Notes: generated by a model not told the origin, from the letters alone. Positions 49,505 to 60,024 are shown, counted from the stretch's first letter. The stretch: DNA of 64,000 nt from an uncultured Thermoplasmata archaeon (GCA_963719945.1 CAVRDX010000001.1:384001-448000); one strand, 5' to 3'. Numbers and translations: made by a program.

Positions 49505-51427
49505 TCACTTCAGTCTGATGGTCTCCAGGTTCATCGGGGCGCGGGTCTCGATCCCGAACTTCTTGTAGAGCGTACTGGCGAGTTCAGAACACTTGTATTC
49601 CTCGCCATGGCCGATGATGATCCTCTCAGGACGCGGTTCGAGCGTGCTGACATAGTTCACCAGTTGCCTCCTGTCGGAGTGGCCAGAGAAACCATCCACT
49701 GTCTCGGTATCCATCTTCATGTGGAGGGTCAGCTGTTTTCCTTTGTCGTTGAGATTGATGTCTGTCCAACCCTTCTGGATCTTACGACCCATGGTCCCCT
49801 CTCCTTGGAAACCGACGAAGACCAGGGTATTCAGTGGGTTGTCACACCATGACTTGAAGTATTCCATGACCGGTCCGCCGTTCATCATTCCGCTCGTGGC
49901 GAGTACGATGCATGCCTCCGTGTCGTGGCATATGCGTTCTCTCATGTCTGGGCTGTCCACCCTCTTGAAGACATCAGACAGGAACGGGTTCTCACCCATC
50001 TGGAATATCTGCGTCCTCAATTGGCTGTTGAGATATTCTGGATATGCAGTGTGTATTGCAGTTGCCTCGAATATCATGCCATCGAGGTAGATCGGCACCT
50101 TGGGGACCTGGTGGTTCCTCATGAGATCTTCAAGGACGAGCATGACCTCCTGAGACCTCCCTACAGCAAACACTGGTGTCAGGACCTTACCGCCTCTTGA
50201 CAGGGCTCTGCGGATGATCTCCTTCAGCTGGCCTGAAGCATCCTGACGGCTAGGCTGCATGTCGTGATAGCCACCATATGTCGATTCCATCACGAGCGTC
50301 TCCAGTCTTGGGAATTTGTTCACAGATGCGTTGAACAACCAGGATTTCTCGAATTTGATGTCGCCCGTGAATGCTATGTTGTAGAGTCCATCTCCTATGT
50401 GGAAGTGCGCGATGGATGAACCAAGGATATGTCCCGCGTTCTGAAGGGTGAGTCTGACATCGGGCGATATGTCCGTTGTCTCTCCATACTTCAAAGGTAT
50501 AGTGTGCATGACGACGTCGCGTATATGGGATGAATCGTAGGGTGCTTTCTTGCCCTCGCCGACCGCGACTTTTATGAAATCAAGTTGCAGGAGAGACATG
50601 AGGTCCCTTGTTGGAGGAGTGCAATATACTGGTCCATCATAGCCATACTTGAATAGTACTGGCAGAAGCCCTGAGTGGTCGAGGTGCGCATGCGTGATGA
50701 TAACCCCGTCGATGGACTCGAGTGGCATCAGTTCCGGAGCGCTAAGATAGGGCGTCGATCCGTTTTCGTCGGCTGATACCGCGACACCGCAGTCTATCAG
50801 TACCTTGCTCTCGCGGGTCATTAGCAGGCTCGCGCTCCGGCCGACTTCACGGAAACCTCCCAATGCGGTCAGCCTCAGCCAGGTCTCGTCGTTCATCCGT
50901 TGCCTCATCAGCCTCCGGCCGACCTTCCTTAGGAACTCCTTTCGTTCCTCCTGGACCTTCCGAAGGTAGTTCCTGATGTCGCTGACAGTCTTGGACGGGA
51001 TCGGAGGTGCTCTCACGACCTTGGCGGCCCATCCGATCTCCTTCTTGATCTCGTTCAGGATGGCCCCGTGCTTGCCTATGACCAGGCCAGGCGATATTGC
51101 TTCGATGGTGACCTCGCCCGTGTCGTCTTCGAAGTATATGTTCGTGATCTTGGCCTCTTCAGGTATGATCTTGCGGATCTTCTCCTCTGCGCTCTCGATA
51201 TCTGCGAGTGTGCTGGGATCTGGCCGTATGGCCACGCGTCTCCGCAATGTCTGGGCCAGCAGTCGAACAAGGTCATTATTGTTGGAGAACTCGTCGAGGT
51301 TCTTTGTGTAGATGACTATGACTGGTCCTTCGAAATCTATGTCTGTCACTTCAATATGCGAGGGTATGGTCTTCTTGACCGCTTCTCTCGCATCTTCCAG
51401 AATCTTCTCTATGCCCATCTGGTTCAC
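49505..51427 (-). CDS. fttA: KH-domain beta-CASP ribonuclease aCPSF1 (FttA, transcription termination factor)
   Basis: KH domains (PGLVIGK), GGFREVGRS, HAHLDH, AGHILGS, FAVGRSQE, FSGHSD. Confidence 0.96.
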   Translation of the reverse strand: MNQMGIEKILEDAREAVKKTIPSHIEVTDIDFEGPVIVIYTKNLDEFSNNNDLVRLLAQTLRRRVAIRPDPSTLADIESAEEKIRKIIPEEAKITNIYFEDDTGEVTIEAISPGLVIGKHGAILNEIKKEIGWAAKVVRAPPIPSKTVSDIRNYLRKVQEERKEFLRKVGRRLMRQRMNDETWLRLTALGGFREVGRSASLLMTRESKVLIDCGVAVSADENGSTPYLSAPELMPLESIDGVIITHAHLDHSGLLPVLFKYGYDGPVYCTPPTRDLMSLLQLDFIKVAVGEGKKAPYDSSHIRDVVMHTIPLKYGETTDISPDVRLTLQNAGHILGSSIAHFHIGDGLYNIAFTGDIKFEKSWLFNASVNKFPRLETLVMESTYGGYHDMQPSRQDASGQLKEIIRRALSRGGKVLTPVFAVGRSQEVMLVLEDLMRNHQVPKVPIYLDGMIFEATAIHTAYPEYLNSQLRTQIFQMGENPFLSDVFKRVDSPDMRERICHDTEACIVLATSGMMNGGPVMEYFKSWCDNPLNTLVFVGFQGEGTMGRKIQKGWTDINLNDKGKQLTLHMKMDTETVDGFSGHSDRRQLVNYVSTLEPRPERIIIGHGEEYKCSELASTLYKKFGIETRAPMNLETIRLK

Positions 51428-51503
51428 TCAACTTAATCGAACAAGCATCGTTCGTTTTGTGGGCGGCAACATAGCCACTCAAATCGCATATTTGACCAGA
51501 GTC

Positions 51504-52145
51504 TCAGGGGAGCAGCTTCATCTTGGCTTGCCTCTTCTGAATCTCTTTCTCGTCGAGGGGTGTGAACGCCTCTTTGGTAATGATTGCGACAGTCATTCCA
51601 TCGCCCGATGCTGAGTCACGCTTCATTGCAGCGTGCAATGACCTTATCGCGAGGTCTGCGCCATCGTTGACCGTCAATCCTTTCTCGTAATGGTCTTCCA
51701 GTACACCATAGACATATGGTGAGCCAGATCCCGTGGTAACATATGTGTCGGGGATGGCTCCACCTACCATGTCAAGCGCGTAGACATGGTTGCCTTCCCT
51801 GTCGACCCCTCCCAGGATAAGTCCGACCCAGTAGGGATAGAACCGGCTACCCGCCAAAATGTTCGACATGAGGGTGGCTCCGGATCTCACAGTCATCTGC
51901 TGTCCTCTCTTGAGTTTATAAAGCTCAACCTCGGCGGTTATGTATCTTGCAAGAGTCTGTGCATCTCCGACCACACCCGCGACTGCAAGTCCCATGTTAT
52001 CGTCGATCTTGAATAGCTTCTGAGTGGTCTTGTGAGCGATGAGTGTCCCCATTGTGGCCCTCATCTCCGTAGCCATCACTACACCATCCTTGCATACCAG
52101 GCCTATCGTGGTCGTGCCCTTCTTGATATCTTCGCTGCTCGTCAT
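51504..52145 (-). CDS. psmB: Proteasome beta subunit
   Basis: Propeptide then G/TTT, GDAQ, GSGS, RDSASG. Confidence 0.97.
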   Translation of the reverse strand: MTSSEDIKKGTTTIGLVCKDGVVMATEMRATMGTLIAHKTTQKLFKIDDNMGLAVAGVVGDAQTLARYITAEVELYKLKRGQQMTVRSGATLMSNILAGSRFYPYWVGLILGGVDREGNHVYALDMVGGAIPDTYVTTGSGSPYVYGVLEDHYEKGLTVNDGADLAIRSLHAAMKRDSASGDGMTVAIITKEAFTPLDEKEIQKRQAKMKLLP

Positions 52146-52486
52146 GAAATAACACCCACGGCGAAAATCTGTGACTAGAAAAGCCGTTTGAGAATAATTG
52201 CCACTCCAGTATTTAAGGGTTTGTCCAACTCCGATTATGTACGCATGCGCGAATCAGAGCATGCAATAAGAATGTTTAAGTTGGTCGTCATAGAATATTG
52301 TCTTGAGATGGGTAGCCTGTAAGTCCCTTCTAAGCAAGCACGCATCCTTCAAGGACTCCGTGCTCCGAAATTTCAATCCGGAAGGGCCTGGCGTCAGGAA
52401 TAAATTGCCTGCCCATCTCCCCTTCTCCATCAAACAACGATAAATACTCTCTAGTATATCCGATGGCTGAGGAGGTATGGCTCCAT

Positions 52487-52843
52487 ATGAAGATCCTGAT
52501 CGTTGATGATTCTGAAGCATTCCGGAAAGTGGTCATCGAACTCCTCGTCAGATCTGGCTTTCACGATGTTAGGGAAGCCAGCAACTACGACGAGGCGGTG
52601 GATGTGTACAGGTCGACGACGCCGGACATCGTTTTCGCGGATATGGTCCTTCCCGGCAAATCTGGTGTCGAGTTGACGAAGGAGATACTGAGAATCAACC
52701 CGGCTGCGAAGATCATCGCCATGAGCTCCATCGTGAACAAGTCCATGATAAAACAGAGCTTGGATGCAGGGGCCAGGGATTTCCTGCTCAAGCCGACGAA
52801 CGAGATCGCGCTCTCATCCGTGCTCGCAATGTGGAGTGATTAG
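52487..52843 (+). CDS. Single-domain response regulator (CheY-like)
   Basis: ILIVDD, phosphoacceptor D in FADMVLP, MSS, FLLKP. Confidence 0.92.
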   Translation: MKILIVDDSEAFRKVVIELLVRSGFHDVREASNYDEAVDVYRSTTPDIVFADMVLPGKSGVELTKEILRINPAAKIIAMSSIVNKSMIKQSLDAGARDFLLKPTNEIALSSVLAMWSD

Positions 52844-53407
52844 ATGAGCCTGTTCCTTTTCAAGAAGGGCAAGGGGAAGAGGAGCACCAAGGAGGCTCAC
52901 CTGGGGATTACCAGGAAGTATTCACTTGCCCCAGGAAAGTGCTATGTGATTGAGGAGGCTCCCCCCAGCATAAGCTTCGATGCTTTTGCCAATATGATAT
53001 CCACCAGTGATGAAGAGGGTGGAAAGACGGTCGGACTAGCGGTGACTCGGCAGCATCCGGATATGCTGAAGGAGAAGTACGGACTCGACAATACTCCGAT
53101 CTACTGGCTTGCGACCCGCGCTGGTGAGAATGTGTTGTCCCCGACTAACCTCGGCATACTCACGCACAATCTGATCAAGTTCATCGAGGATACTACGAAC
53201 GGAGTGATCCTGTTGGATGGACTCGAATATCTCGTGTCCAACAACGATTTCAACAAGGTGCTCAAGGTGATCGACCAGGTGAACGATCATATCTCTCAGA
53301 GCACTTGCAGGCTCATACTACCTGTCGACCCTCGGGCCTTCGAGGCCAGGGAGTTGGCCCTCCTTGAACGGAACATGGAGAAGATCGTGGCCAGAGCCAC
53401 CGGGTAG
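52844..53407 (+). CDS. DUF835 protein (inactivated KaiC/RecA-like fold)
   Basis: GLAVTR, YWL, SPTNL, VILLDGLEYLV..NDF, LLER. Confidence 0.85.
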   Translation: MSLFLFKKGKGKRSTKEAHLGITRKYSLAPGKCYVIEEAPPSISFDAFANMISTSDEEGGKTVGLAVTRQHPDMLKEKYGLDNTPIYWLATRAGENVLSPTNLGILTHNLIKFIEDTTNGVILLDGLEYLVSNNDFNKVLKVIDQVNDHISQSTCRLILPVDPRAFEARELALLERNMEKIVARATG

Positions 53408-53422
53408 CTGACGAAGGTCAGG

Positions 53423-55237
53423 TCAGGAGGCTGTGACCACAGTCGCTGCGAATATCAGCTGCGACACAAGTATGCAGATGCCGATCGATCTCTGCAGAAC
53501 CCTCTTGTCAGTTCCTCCTTCTATTCCCCAAATGAAGTAGCATACGACGGCGTTGATCTCCACCAGGAAGATCCCCAGAATAAAGACCAGTTGTCCCGGA
53601 GTCAGCGTCCCGCTGCCTCCTCCGAGCGATTCCAGGGACATGTAGATCGAGTATGTTATGCCCAGCACTATCGGGCCCATGACATGTGCGGTCATCCTCA
53701 TCATAGATATGATCGGTCTGAGCCTGCTCTTCAGCATCGATTCGATTTGTGACAGGTCTCGAATGTATGTGGCCAGATCCATCGCCAAGAGACCAGCTGA
53801 TTGCTCGTCCTTCTCGGCCGCTCTCTTCACGACCTTCATGGCCTCGTTGGCGCTGGACGTCCTGGTCCTAGTGTTATCGTCATCCATGGCCGTGTTGAAG
53901 TCCTGTCCCAAGACTATGGCTCTTACCGCGATACGATAAGGTACGCGGGTTCCGTCCTTGCCTGAGTCAGTCGCGGCATTTTCAAGCGCCGATTCGAAGT
54001 TCTCCCCCTCGAGCATCCTCGCTCCCATTCTGAACAGCATGTCTCCCTTCACTGCCTCTTTTTCATTCGACATCTCAGAAGATTGACTAGATGAAGCGAT
54101 GAATGAGATGACCGATGCAGGACACGTGAATGCAAGCAGGAGTAACACTGGCTCGATATAGTCTGAGACGAACAGCCAGAATGACAGGCCTGATGCACAT
54201 CCTATTGCGATAGCGATGATGCATCTGTGTCTCTGAGGACCGGAAGATGTTATTCTTCTGGCGCTTCTTTCGAGTGGGTGTCTCGAAACGGCCTCCATCG
54301 CGACCAGCATAGCCACGGCTGGGAACAGAAGATTCATCAAGAACGCGGTCTGGATGATGAACCCGTTCTCGTCATCCAGCGCTGCTCCATCGAGAGCTGG
54401 TGTGGACCATATGTCCCATGAGAGCATGGGGAGGAAGGCCCCAACCATGATGGGTAGCAGGATCCCAAGACCGAACAGTAGCATGCTCGGAGTGGATAGG
54501 GACAGAGCATATTCCTCGATCCGTCTCTTTGCGCCCATTACCATGGCGTGATTCGCTCGGTCGAGCGCTCGCCTCTTTCCCTCCTCCGTCTTCTCAGACG
54601 CTGCAGTCAGAAGCGAGGAGACTGCCATCTTGAGCTCTTCCCCGAACGCGGACCATCTGCATCCAATGTCGTAAAGCGCCGCTTCGAAGCTATTGAACCG
54701 ACCCATTATTACATCCCACACGCACATTCTGAGCTCATCGGAGAACTCAGACCCGCTTTCAGATGCGAATCTGATTGCATTTGGGACGGAGGGCTCGTGC
54801 CGGATGCTCATTGACATTAGGTTTATTGACTCAGTCGACCCTCTCAAGATGTTCGCAGCCCTTTTTCGTGCCATGGATCTGGGATGTCCGATTACTGTCA
54901 GGTGTGCCAGGGCAGGGGATACCACTGATATCGCCATCAACGGAAGTGCGAGTCTGCCATGAATGAACAACATGTACGAAATCGTCGATGCACCCATGGC
55001 TATGATGACGAGCAGGGCCGCGCATTTCGCCGCCATTCTGACCGATTCCACGGTAACAGGAATTCGAGCAAGATCGAGCTGTCGTCTTAGTTCTTCGTCT
55101 GTCGTCCTGGATGTCCCCAACTTCGAACCGGCCGATCTGAACGATGGGGTCAGCCCGATCGCACACCCTACGCGTACGAGAAACTCGCATACGCGAGGAT
55201 ATGTTGTGGAGACGCTAGATGGTGCCAGTTTCGCCAT
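53423..55237 (-). CDS. Type IV pilus/T2SS platform membrane protein (TadC/ArlJ-like)
   Basis: Polytopic protein with two cytoplasmic helical domains, directly downstream of and overlapping the secretion ATPase. Confidence 0.72.
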   Translation of the reverse strand: MAKLAPSSVSTTYPRVCEFLVRVGCAIGLTPSFRSAGSKLGTSRTTDEELRRQLDLARIPVTVESVRMAAKCAALLVIIAMGASTISYMLFIHGRLALPLMAISVVSPALAHLTVIGHPRSMARKRAANILRGSTESINLMSMSIRHEPSVPNAIRFASESGSEFSDELRMCVWDVIMGRFNSFEAALYDIGCRWSAFGEELKMAVSSLLTAASEKTEEGKRRALDRANHAMVMGAKRRIEEYALSLSTPSMLLFGLGILLPIMVGAFLPMLSWDIWSTPALDGAALDDENGFIIQTAFLMNLLFPAVAMLVAMEAVSRHPLERSARRITSSGPQRHRCIIAIAIGCASGLSFWLFVSDYIEPVLLLLAFTCPASVISFIASSSQSSEMSNEKEAVKGDMLFRMGARMLEGENFESALENAATDSGKDGTRVPYRIAVRAIVLGQDFNTAMDDDNTRTRTSSANEAMKVVKRAAEKDEQSAGLLAMDLATYIRDLSQIESMLKSRLRPIISMMRMTAHVMGPIVLGITYSIYMSLESLGGGSGTLTPGQLVFILGIFLVEINAVVCYFIWGIEGGTDKRVLQRSIGICILVSQLIFAATVVTAS

Positions 55238-56981
55238 ATGATTCCCTCCATCTATCCAATCCAGATGTAGGTCCATCTGGGTGGAAGAGCGCACGAGCAA
55301 GCAATTCGTTCGAGCGCAGCCTCACAGAATCATGGGCGTCGCAGGAGTTGTCATTCCTATCGGATTTCTCCGAAAGCAATTGGTCGCAGATTGCTCGCGC
55401 CTTGATTATGCCCATTAGCGCGTCCGCGGTGATCCCCATAGCTGCTGCCGCTCCCCTGACCGTCCGTGACTCAGCCGAGAACTCCTTCGTGGGCTCAGCG
55501 CGTGTACTCACCTTGCCCATCTCGAATAGGTTGACCAGTTCTACACCAGCGCCCTTTGGCCTGACTTCCGCGACCTCAATCACCTTCCTATGGAATCTTG
55601 ATCCATCCGGCGTCCGGACGAGCCCTATCACCACGACTATGTCTGTTGCAGAGAACGCTCGTTCTGATACGCCTAGGTCCTCGATTGCGCGGTCGAGGAC
55701 TCCGCTCGCCGAATTTCCATGGATTGTACCGAGAACTGCGGATCCCGCGCTGCCCGCTCGCATGCTCTCATACAGCACGCGCGCTTCATTCCCTCGAACC
55801 TCTCCGATGACGATTGCGCTCTCTCCCATTCGGAGACTGACCATGAGCGCGCCTTCTGCCGACATGTGAGTGACCTCTTCATCGTTCGTGAATCTAAGCG
55901 TCTGGATATCGTAGCCGAGGTCCCTCATCCTCCGGACGGGTATCTCCGGTGTGTCTTCGATTAGTAGTATCCTCTGTGACAATGGGAACTCGAGCATCAT
56001 CGCAGCAAGGAGCGTGGTCTTCCCGGCGCCGCGACTTCCGGCGACCAGGGCAGTCCTCCTGCCAGTGACGCATGCCCAGAGGAAGCTCGCTAGAAGCGGC
56101 GATAACGAATCGTTCCTGATCAGAAGGGGAAGAGTCCACATTTCGCGAGAATGCTTCCTAATCGCGACGGAAACGCCTTTCTCGCTTATCGGAGGACCTA
56201 CAAGTGTGACCCTGCTCCCGAGTCTTGGTATGTCCGCTTCCAGAACTGGATGTGCCTCCGAGAACGGTAGGCCAGTCTCCAACTTCAGTCGCGAGACGAA
56301 CCCTTGGATATCTCTTGCTCCGATGAAGATGTTCGTCCGACACTTCTGTCTGACACCCTCGATGGTATCTGACCTCAGCACTACAAAGACAGGGGTGACG
56401 CTAGATGGCGCGTTGACGTATATGTCCTGAACCTGCGGATCGTCGAGGAGTGTCTCGAGCAGACCATATCCTGCAGTATACTTGGCGACAATCTCAGAGA
56501 GATTGTCCGTCATCTTCTCATCATCATATTCGCGAGGATGGCCGCGTCCCTTGCTGACGAGCTTGTCGAACACTATGTCCTTGGCACGTGACTTGATATA
56601 TGGCCTCATCAAGTCGAGCGAAGAAGTATCCATCTCCGCAGGGGGTGAGGCGGATATGATTTCGATGGCCTCTGATATTATCCTGAGGTGGATCGGATTG
56701 AGTCTATATTCTGGCGGATCTATGATATATCTCCCGTATGTCTCGTCCTCAAGGGCGAAGAGTGAGACATTGACGTCTCGCACGCTGAACCTGATTTTGG
56801 GCAGTCCCATGACTCTGTGAGCTTCGATCCAGGATGATGTGAAACAGGGTCTCGTCTCGAAAGACGATTCGGTGTGGATGGTCTGTCCTCGTTTCTCACG
56901 ATGCGGCTCATCGACTATCTTGAGCGGGGTAGTACCCATGACCTGACCGATGATTCTTGGTCGCGGTCTACTGCCCCCCAC
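55215..56981 (-). CDS. Type II/IV secretion ATPase (TadA/VirB11/ArlI family)
   Basis: GYGLLE.LL.D, AIRK, GSRGAGKTT, IEDTPE, SLRMG...IGEVRG, GTIHG. Confidence 0.92.
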   Translation of the reverse strand: MGGSRPRPRIIGQVMGTTPLKIVDEPHREKRGQTIHTESSFETRPCFTSSWIEAHRVMGLPKIRFSVRDVNVSLFALEDETYGRYIIDPPEYRLNPIHLRIISEAIEIISASPPAEMDTSSLDLMRPYIKSRAKDIVFDKLVSKGRGHPREYDDEKMTDNLSEIVAKYTAGYGLLETLLDDPQVQDIYVNAPSSVTPVFVVLRSDTIEGVRQKCRTNIFIGARDIQGFVSRLKLETGLPFSEAHPVLEADIPRLGSRVTLVGPPISEKGVSVAIRKHSREMWTLPLLIRNDSLSPLLASFLWACVTGRRTALVAGSRGAGKTTLLAAMMLEFPLSQRILLIEDTPEIPVRRMRDLGYDIQTLRFTNDEEVTHMSAEGALMVSLRMGESAIVIGEVRGNEARVLYESMRAGSAGSAVLGTIHGNSASGVLDRAIEDLGVSERAFSATDIVVVIGLVRTPDGSRFHRKVIEVAEVRPKGAGVELVNLFEMGKVSTRAEPTKEFSAESRTVRGAAAAMGITADALMGIIKARAICDQLLSEKSDRNDNSCDAHDSVRLRSNELLARALFHPDGPTSGLDRWRESYGETGTI

Positions 56982-56983
56982 GG

Positions 56984-57523
56984 CTACGCACCACCGTCAT
57001 ATCGAATCATGGTGGTCGCCAATGCTTCACTGAGGCATTCATATCCTTTGGGACAGGAAGCCTTTGATGCAACTTCTTTCAACCTATCCGACAATGCCGG
57101 TTTTCGTTTCGTGTATGCGACAGGGTCTTGCCTCAGCTGATGGATTAGATATTCTGCAGACTTTCCTTTACTGGCGGGACATGTCAGACACTTCTTGTCT
57201 GACGGGATCACATGGGTGCTCACGATCCTGTTCAAGACGCATAATTCTGTGGCAAGTTCGCAGAGCATTTTGAATGATTCTGATCGATATCTCCGATGTA
57301 TGTATCTCTTGAGTATGATTGAATCCGGTTCGATGCCAGAGCAGAATATGTTCAAGATCCCTTTCGCGCAGTTTCCGTTGCTGATGTCCTGAGCGCCCGC
57401 GCATGCTGAACAATCAACCTCCAATTGCAGCCCATATTCATTCGTATATGAATGCGGACAATGCACATCGGCATGTCTAGATGGTGCGAGTTTCTTCGTG
57501 GGGCCACTGCTACGTTGTCTCAT
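56984..57523 (-). CDS. Cys-rich hypothetical protein, first gene of the pilus ATPase operon
   Basis: CSAC...C, CLTC, C...C; ends 2 nt before the ATPase start. Confidence 0.65.
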   Translation of the reverse strand: MRQRSSGPTKKLAPSRHADVHCPHSYTNEYGLQLEVDCSACAGAQDISNGNCAKGILNIFCSGIEPDSIILKRYIHRRYRSESFKMLCELATELCVLNRIVSTHVIPSDKKCLTCPASKGKSAEYLIHQLRQDPVAYTKRKPALSDRLKEVASKASCPKGYECLSEALATTMIRYDGGA

Positions 57524-57623
57524 GTATGCGATTTACCGCTCGACTGATATTGTATTGTTAGGTTCCTTCGTACGCTACATGTAAGGCTGCACGATTTGTC
57601 GTCTTCGGTTCTCTCAGAAGATC

Positions 57624-58070
57624 ATGCGCTCCGATTGTGATGCAGTGGGTGGATTCACTGAAGACCTGCCCGTGCTTGCTATCGTGATATCCGGCGTTGT
57701 GTTGCTGATGACCACTGCGAGCTGGGTCGGCGATATATTGATGTCAGATGAGGTGTCACGGACGCTGGAGCGGGAGGTCCAAGAGATTGCAGATCGCTTC
57801 GTTCTGCTTATGACCTCCCAATCTCACGACCTTCCACTTGTGGAATCGATACGCACTGGGAACGACAATCTATCGATATTCCATCCAGATGATGGGATCA
57901 ATTGCATAATCACCGTGATTGAATCCTTTCCGGAATATGAGCTGCTCCGATCAATCGAGCACTCCGATGGTAGTCCCATGATGGAGACTGCCTTTGCTAC
58001 AAGATACATCAACGCGATGGACAGATACAACCGGGTGGCGATGTTGGAGGTTAGAGTCCTTGAATGGTAG
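57624..58070 (+). CDS. Putative pilin-like protein
   Basis: Short charged leader followed by a hydrophobic helix (EDLPVLAIVISGVVLL); divergent from the ATPase operon. Confidence 0.55.
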   Translation: MRSDCDAVGGFTEDLPVLAIVISGVVLLMTTASWVGDILMSDEVSRTLEREVQEIADRFVLLMTSQSHDLPLVESIRTGNDNLSIFHPDDGINCIITVIESFPEYELLRSIEHSDGSPMMETAFATRYINAMDRYNRVAMLEVRVLEW

Positions 58071-58071
58071 G

Positions 58072-58623
58072 ATGACCGGGGATTCTCATGCTCAATTAGC
58101 GTTGCTCGATGCCATAGTGTTCTTCACAGTGATTCTGGCACTTTGCAGCAGCATGGTGGCCTATGTCGAGATATTCGAGACCTATAGGCTAGATGAATGC
58201 GGGATCAATGCAGTCGATGCATCCGAACTGCTATCGGTCTTCTTGCGCACCTCCATAGGTGCGTCGGTCCAGGTTGCATCGGGCACAGACATTGAGATGA
58301 CTGGTAGAGAATCCATGGCGGATATCTTGATGGTTATCTGCGATGCAAAGTTGAGCGGGGTTGACGAATCATTCTTCGCTCCTCTTCCCTCGATGATACT
58401 CGAAACCCTCGTTCTGGTAAGCCCATCATATATTGAGCCACATCTAGTTATTCTCGACCTCACATCGAGCCCCAATTCGGAGATGTTGGTCTTGGAGAAT
58501 AGTCCGTGCAGAGAGGCTGATACAAGCGCCGCATCCCAGATGATGATGGACCCTGAGGGACGGTCGTTTCTACTCGTCCTGGTCCTTGAGCCAGCCCTTG
58601 GTCCTCATGACCTGGGTGTCTGA
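58072..58623 (+). CDS. Putative pilin-like protein (class III signal-like)
   Basis: MTGDSHA/QLALLDAIVFFTVILAL: a short leader, Q at +1, a nearby acidic residue and a hydrophobic helix. Confidence 0.55.
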   Translation: MTGDSHAQLALLDAIVFFTVILALCSSMVAYVEIFETYRLDECGINAVDASELLSVFLRTSIGASVQVASGTDIEMTGRESMADILMVICDAKLSGVDESFFAPLPSMILETLVLVSPSYIEPHLVILDLTSSPNSEMLVLENSPCREADTSAASQMMMDPEGRSFLLVLVLEPALGPHDLGV

Positions 58624-58926
58624 TTTGGTCACCTTGAGCTTCGAAATCGCGTATCGGTGCCCTCTTGTCAATTCGGTGAACTGCAATATCAGCAATGCCA
58701 CGACGGCGGCTATCCCAACATAGAGATAATTCCTATTGTCCGTGGTGGTGTTGAGGTAGACGAATGTGAATGTGATGGCCGCGAGCACGTATATGGCGTA
58801 TGTTGCCCAACTCGCCGGTATGGGAATGACCTTCAGGGTGCCCATACACCTGGGACAATAGCCCTTGGTCGGGTACCAGGGTTTGACCCTCAATTCCTTG
58901 CATTTCGGGCAGTATAGGTACTTCAC
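58570..58926 (-). CDS. Zinc-ribbon membrane protein
   Basis: CPKC...CPRC followed by two transmembrane helices. Confidence 0.7.
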   Translation of the reverse strand: MKYLYCPKCKELRVKPWYPTKGYCPRCMGTLKVIPIPASWATYAIYVLAAITFTFVYLNTTTDNRNYLYVGIAAVVALLILQFTELTRGHRYAISKLKVTKSDTQVMRTKGWLKDQDE

Positions 58927-58967
58927 GGAGACGGAATTGCTAGAGTCCTATATATCATAAACCCACA

Positions 58968-59243
58968 ATGCCAGGGAAAGATTCACAGTATGGGACGAAG
59001 ATACTCCAATTGATGATCAAGGATCATGACGTAGATTCTGATGGTTACACGAGCGATGAGAGGAGAGTCCTCGCATCGCTGAGACAGACGACTGGTCGCA
59101 CCTGTAGATATTGTGCATGGCTGTCAATTAGAGGTCCGCAGAGAGGATGCTTCCCAAACGGAAAGTATCGAAAATTCCTCTCTACGGCGGAATACGAATC
59201 CGGATGCCCGGAATATCGTCCAAGAGATCAAAAGGGTTCCTAG
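58968..59243 (+). CDS. Small Cys-containing hypothetical protein
   Basis: CRYC...C...CPEY pattern; divergent from a shared TATATATC element. Confidence 0.55.
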   Translation: MPGKDSQYGTKILQLMIKDHDVDSDGYTSDERRVLASLRQTTGRTCRYCAWLSIRGPQRGCFPNGKYRKFLSTAEYESGCPEYRPRDQKGS

Positions 59244-59316
59244 GGATTCATCCCAAGTCTTCGAATCCACGCATCTTCTGACAAGCCACTCGCTCTGTTC
59301 CACTCTATGGTTTGGC

Positions 59317-59335
59317 GTGACATTTCGAATGTCAC
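59317..59335. other. Perfect palindrome between convergent genes (terminator or operator)
   Basis: GTGACATT-TCG-AATGTCAC. Confidence 0.4.
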
Positions 59336-59415
59336 CGCCGCTGAAGATGTTGGAGTCTTGACGGATTTGATTCTCAGCATAACTCCTATCCAATGAATCT
59401 AGGAGTATTCTCTGA

Positions 59416-60024
59416 TCATACGTCCTGACCGCTTGAGTGTGGATTCCTCTTAGTAGTGATCCAGTTGCGAGATGCCATGATCACGAGTCCGATGGCAGCT
59501 CCAATTCCTCCGATGTGGAGCCCCAGATCGACCACGCTTTGGTAATCGCTCCGCTTGTCGATATACCACGCTACCGATCCTCCATCTACGCTGACAGATT
59601 CAAGCAACCACTTGCCGCTGATCGCTAGAGCGAGACCGATTATCAGAATGATGATGACCATGGCAATGGCTCGGGAATATCTTGGGTATGACTTCCATCT
59701 GACTCGGATGTCTCTCGCCAGAATGATGGTGACTGCTGATATGATGACGAGTCCCGCATATGTGCCAAAGTCCTTCCTGATGTCAAGAAGATCGATAATT
59801 AGCAAGATTACCATCATGGCTGCCACTGCGATCAATACTATCATGAATGACTTGAGATCCTGACGACTGGTTACCATCCTGTGCCCACCGAGGGCGAGTC
59901 TATATTCGGTGTCGGTTCGAGACAGATTCTGTGAAGCGAAGTCATCGCCTGACCAGGTACTTCCGCAATGTGGGCATGTCGTTGTATTCGCCATCAGTTC
60001 CTTTCCGCAATGTGGGCACTCCAT
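59416..60024 (-). CDS. Zinc-ribbon-containing membrane protein
   Basis: MECPHCG...CPHCG N-terminus and four transmembrane segments. Confidence 0.72.
   Translation of the reverse strand: MECPHCGKELMANTTTCPHCGSTWSGDDFASQNLSRTDTEYRLALGGHRMVTSRQDLKSFMIVLIAVAAMMVILLIIDLLDIRKDFGTYAGLVIISAVTIILARDIRVRWKSYPRYSRAIAMVIIILIIGLALAISGKWLLESVSVDGGSVAWYIDKRSDYQSVVDLGLHIGGIGAAIGLVIMASRNWITTKRNPHSSGQDV

Noticed and set aside
56981-56990. Cys-rich ORF and ATPase as one gene via amber readthrough
   Set aside because: They are in different frames, and the ATPase has its own GGTGGTG SD before the GTG.
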